Shown here piece by piece: positions 32,801 to 34,960 of a stretch of DNA of 34,960 nt. How positions within the stretch are numbered: position 1 is the first letter of the stretch; every line of letters starts with the position of its first letter. Under the pieces are notes generated by a model. That model was given only the letters and a program-made list of their open reading frames with translations. It made no database searches and was not told the DNA's origin. Origin of the DNA: Macrostomum lignano. Its lineage: Eukaryota. Position numbers and translations under genes: made by a program. The stretch spans positions 1-34,960 of the forward strand of contig NIVC01001923.1 in assembly GCA_002269645.1 (NCBI GenBank). Reading direction: 5' to 3'.

Positions 32801-33791
32801 AGAAGCAGATCCGACTAAGATCGACGCTGTTAGAAACTGGTGCAAGCCAACAGACAAGAGGCAATTACTAGCTTTTCTTGGATTCGCGAATTACTACAGG
32901 AAATTTGTAGCTCGATTTTCTGTAATCGCATCTCCTCTGTATTCGTTGGCCAAAGGGTCATCAAAATTCTGCTGGCTCGAACATCACGACAGAGCATTTG
33001 AAGAGTTGAAGGCCAATTTATGTGCTCCTCCAGTTCTAGCATATCCTGACCTCAAGCCGTCAGCTGGGCCCTTCATCTTGGACTGTGACTCCTCGCTCGA
33101 AGGAGTTGGCGGAGTATTGTCACAAGAAGGCCCAGATGGACAAGAGCACGTTGTGGCGTACGCGTCCAAGAAATTCACGCACTCCCAGCGGAACTATTGT
33201 GCTACTATGCGCGAACTACTTGGCTTGGTCATTATGTTAGAACACTTCAGAACGTACCTCTTGGACCGCAGTTTTCTGGTGCGTTCCGATGCAGCAGCCT
33301 TGCAGTGGCTGCACACCAAAAAACATAGCACGGGCATGCTAGCTCAGTGGCTGGCAACCATTGACGTCTACAACTTTAAGGTATGTCAGACACCACTGGA
33401 ACGACTTGCGGAGTATGACTTCTCAGTGGAGCATCGTCCTGGCCGTGATCATGTTAACGCGGATATGCTCAGCCGCAACCCCAGGTTTAGGTCAGATCAC
33501 CATGACTGCCCAACGTGCAGCAAAATCCCTGCTTTCCAAGACAAATTTAGGAAGTTGGAGGAGCACAGGTGCCAGGACGAGGATGAGGATACAGACAGCA
33601 TGCCCGCTGTGCAGCTGAGAACAGCACAAATAGACGCTTGCTGCCAGACGGAGCCCCACCAATCAAACCAAGAGCCGAAGTATCCTTCCGAGATTTTGAC
33701 CAGCCATGAAGGGTCGGATGAGGTCAGAAGCCATCGGTCGCTTAGCTTGCCTTCGACAGCCAGGATCCGGACCCGGAGGGAGAACATCTGA
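29832..33791 (+). CDS. Gag-Pol polyprotein: capsid-like Gag, CCHC knuckle, cold-shock domain, aspartic protease, dUTPase-like spacer, RT, RNase H
   Basis: 1319-aa ORF: CNRCSDHDHLTADC (30858-30899), WKGGFGFIQP...LFCHYS (30987-31052), CLDSG (D at 31281), WASPIVLVRKKDG, YLDD (32631-32642), FILDCDSS...RELL...VRSD. Confidence 0.95.
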   Translation: MSSSNEESDGALSPNGAAGQGQQVLQLQTESSTSTPPEAGASSQQAAQVGDTSRDAKPPHGMAEQSDLSKVLQTLTMILEKTCDREASAAAEKLSNSSPKLRPPPPFQPQMNFELWETQFLTYVEAHHVPTLQQPAVLLSMLAPECQEFIFNNSLHRESIQTALKSLKDRFTDSGTEHKSYLELAVAEQLNSETTQEFFDRLTRLSKSANLKKPTAEPLVRARFCYGLRDKGLAERLILLGQENPTWSAEDLAKKAREIAGVKKLLSSEVTPVIRAAAPDRTAELEARIRELEKLVQQNQTTQSSDHNSKDFQNFPSQVPPVNLGQSGQYKNSSRWSKSPKRCNRCSDHDHLTADCPKPPPSNGVGAGGRPTGMAPMMEIGTITVWKGGFGFIQPSQMPDSLFCHYSSLDNELKQVANSHQLVGTTVQFLRRADPGHKHDRAVGVCRYQMPVRCDQSWAADTPVESSMFVQLGIGDNKVIACLDSGCNASVMGTKVRDQLIANDPINNTFIPARKYQAATAFNGTSTQILGTLHCEVKLGKISQTHVFLVTEGQVTDVLLGIDFMRGFNVNLLVADGQVTVAGEVVPVIEGDRGVFQARRVTAACNVQLPPRSETMVPSRVIGADPGSPGFLGTKLFCSDSEFFVAHSVDSVSSTGHVLVRLLNSGNQPSEIAAGQEIASFQSLRVGETISHTALTEKDFSVSSSKDLGTKLAKLPDPDLGTASWLKKQFKLEESTLSETQLTITLKLLNYFLSAISKSDTDLGKTHLHEMAIELNEPTCRPISQPSRRTTPAQKEFLDRHINQLIEQGVIEESNSEWASPIVLVRKKDGSQRLCIDYRSVNKVIKPCTFPLPLIEESFDSLAGSKVFSSLDLTSAYWQVGIREQDRDLTAFTCPQGTYRWKVVPFGIKTAPANFAKLMHKVFRPLLMRVSLIYLDDIIIKARDNDEMIVHLALVLWQLKKANLKIKPSKCELFKDRVRFLGFVVSSQGIEADPTKIDAVRNWCKPTDKRQLLAFLGFANYYRKFVARFSVIASPLYSLAKGSSKFCWLEHHDRAFEELKANLCAPPVLAYPDLKPSAGPFILDCDSSLEGVGGVLSQEGPDGQEHVVAYASKKFTHSQRNYCATMRELLGLVIMLEHFRTYLLDRSFLVRSDAAALQWLHTKKHSTGMLAQWLATIDVYNFKVCQTPLERLAEYDFSVEHRPGRDHVNADMLSRNPRFRSDHHDCPTCSKIPAFQDKFRKLEEHRCQDEDEDTDSMPAVQLRTAQIDACCQTEPHQSNQEPKYPSEILTSHEGSDEVRSHRSLSLPSTARIRTRRENI

Positions 33792-34960
33792 GGATGAGAT
33801 GTCAGAAAACTCCGAGAATCTATGGGCTAGAGAAGCTCAAGAATCTAGCACAGATCTCGTGAGATTGATTGAGGCCGTTGAAGGGAAATCTCCAAGACTA
33901 ACTAAGGTTGAAGTCCAGGACTGCAGTCGTGAAATTCGAACGCTTTGGGCCATGTTTGACGAACTCGAAGTTGTAAATGGCCTTCTGACTCGCGTCAAAC
34001 CGCTAAGCAGGGCCAAGTCAGTCAGCGACTCATAATCATACCAGAGACAGCAGATGTTGATGAGCTAGTTTCCTGCTATCACAGAGACATTAATCACTGC
34101 GGAATCAACAAAACAGTCCGGGCCTTAAAACAAAGGTTCCAAATCACAAACCTCGAAGTATTCGTGAAGGGAATCATTGCTGAATGCGAGGTATGCTGCC
34201 GCACTAAGAAGAACAAACGGAAGAATAAAGAACCATTAGAACCAATTTTATCAGGCTATCCAAATCAAATTGTGCACGTTGACCACGCAGGGCCTTTCCC
34301 AGAGCAGGAGGGCAACCGTTACTTGCTGGTGCTAGTAGATAACTTTTCTGGGTATGTAGAGATCGTGCCTGTCCCAGACGTCTCGGCCGCAACTACCGCC
34401 ACAGTTATACTAACCGAGTGGATAGTTCGATATGGCACTATGGAGAAACTTGTTTCGGATAATGGCACGGCCTTCATAAATAAAACGGTAGCGGAGCTCA
34501 CCAGACTACTTGAAATAGACATGGCACGTATCACCGCACACAGGCCGCAATCAAACGGTAAAGCGGAAAGGACCATACAATCAATCAAAGCGCAGATTCG
34601 TGCAATTTGCCTTGAAAAAAGAGTCAATTGGGTCTATGCAGCTCGTTTGGCCGGTCTTTCAATCCGGACGACTGTGGCCGAATCCACAGGCTGGACCCCA
34701 GCCAGGCTCTTTTTCGGTCGGGAACTTGTGCTGCCTCTAGACCTGCTGTTCAACCCGCCAAGGCACGACAGGTATGATCCAGACTGTTATGCACACAAGC
34801 TGCACAAACTATTGGTGGAGGTATCGGCGATCGCCCGCATGGAGCGAGGTAAGGCCAACAGAGGCAAAAGCGGAAATTATGATCGTATACCATTCACTCC
34901 AACTTCGAAATCGGAGAACTGGTGTGGGTACTCAACCCCGACCATCGGGATTAGACTCAG
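33792..34960 (+). CDS. Pol continuation with frameshifts: tether region and integrase (HHCC, D-D35-E)
   Basis: LWAREAQ...RTLWAMFDELEVVNGLLTR in the shifted frame. From 34014 the original frame resumes: H34080/H34095/C34185/C34194, D34281, D34458, E34566, GWTPARLFFGREL. NFEIGELVWVL follows a further shift near 34885. Confidence 0.9.

Larger units (their letters stand above)
28931..34960 (+). mobile_element. Ty3/Gypsy LTR retrotransposon, 3'-truncated by the window edge
   Basis: Candidate 5' LTR, PBS, and domain order Gag-PR-RT-RNaseH-IN (Gypsy order). Confidence 0.95.

Overview
Eukaryotic (invertebrate metazoan) genomic DNA with GT-AG introns. The species cannot be determined from sequence alone. 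The window holds a complete 9-coding-exon crumbs gene on the minus strand (26041 to 13675, 1247 aa: signal peptide, 13 EGF, 3 laminin-G, TM, canonical GTY...ERLI tail). A convergent, 5'-truncated crumbs paralog lies on the plus strand (<563 to 4288) with only one LamG in the window and a rewritten tail ending EVFF. A third, chimeric crumbs fragment sits at about 11.65-11.94 kb. Between the genes are two head-to-head RTE-type LINE remnants and a 4.1-kb element with identical 400-bp terminal inverted repeats and a 6-bp TSD (Polinton/Maverick-like, non-autonomous). Crumbs introns carry minisatellites, SINEs and MITEs. The right end is a Ty3/Gypsy LTR retrotransposon, truncated by the window edge, whose Gag-Pol carries a cold-shock domain between the CCHC zinc knuckle and the protease; this is the most unusual signal found. 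All alignments and domain calls were made by eye and need HMM/BLAST confirmation.
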